A stretch of DNA of 64,000 nucleotides, taken from IMG/VR virus record IMGVR_UViG_3300042350_004528, positions 234,834 to 298,833 of that record. One strand, written 5' to 3'. Of this stretch, positions 63,982-64,000 are shown one piece after another. Both the position numbers and the translations under genes were made by a program. The notes beneath the pieces are model-generated. The model was not told the DNA's origin. It saw nothing but the letters and a program-made list of their open reading frames with translations, and did no database searches. The first letter of the stretch is position 1. The number at the start of each line of letters is the position of its first letter.

Positions 63982-64000
63982 AATGATACGGCGACCACCG
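63982..64000 (+). other. Illumina P5 adapter sequence (assembly artefact)
   Basis: Exact AATGATACGGCGACCACCG at the window end. Confidence 0.92.

Noticed and set aside
1-64000. CRISPR array, rRNA, integrase/transposase
   Set aside because: No regularly spaced repeat-spacer array, rRNA-like sequence or recombinase motif seen.

Overview
This is a 64-kb fragment of a large, AT-rich dsDNA (jumbo-type) phage genome, about 90% coded on the minus strand in standard genetic code. The host is most likely Bacteroidota (Flavobacteria-like): TAnnTTTG -7 promoter motifs recur, a phage bS21 is present, and the tmRNA resumes on a Bacteroidota-style GGC-GAA. The window is rich in translation and RNA-maintenance genes: 29 tRNAs covering all 20 amino acids, tmRNA + SmpB, a Thg1-like enzyme, a 2H/CCA-adding/HAD fusion, RNA ligase, PTH2-like hydrolase, two ClpP and bS21. 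It also has a NARP1-like NAD+ pair, a sugar-modification island, lysis/structural genes and a TROVE/Ro60-like vWA protein. Top observation: each of the four tRNA arrays is preceded by a 25-32 codon leader ORF plus an intrinsic terminator, with clear antiterminator pairing in three and weaker pairing in the fourth. Each leader's codons match the anticodons of its own downstream array, suggesting ribosome-stalling attenuators that switch on backup tRNAs when the matching host tRNAs are depleted. Second: six small RNAs share a stem+CAGCAA-type motif; two are tRNA-elbow mimics without an anticodon (one circularly permuted) and two lie just downstream of the TROVE-like gene, suggesting a phage Ro60/Y-RNA-like system. 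The last 19 nt are Illumina P5 adapter. All calls were made by eye; no database searches or folding programs were run.
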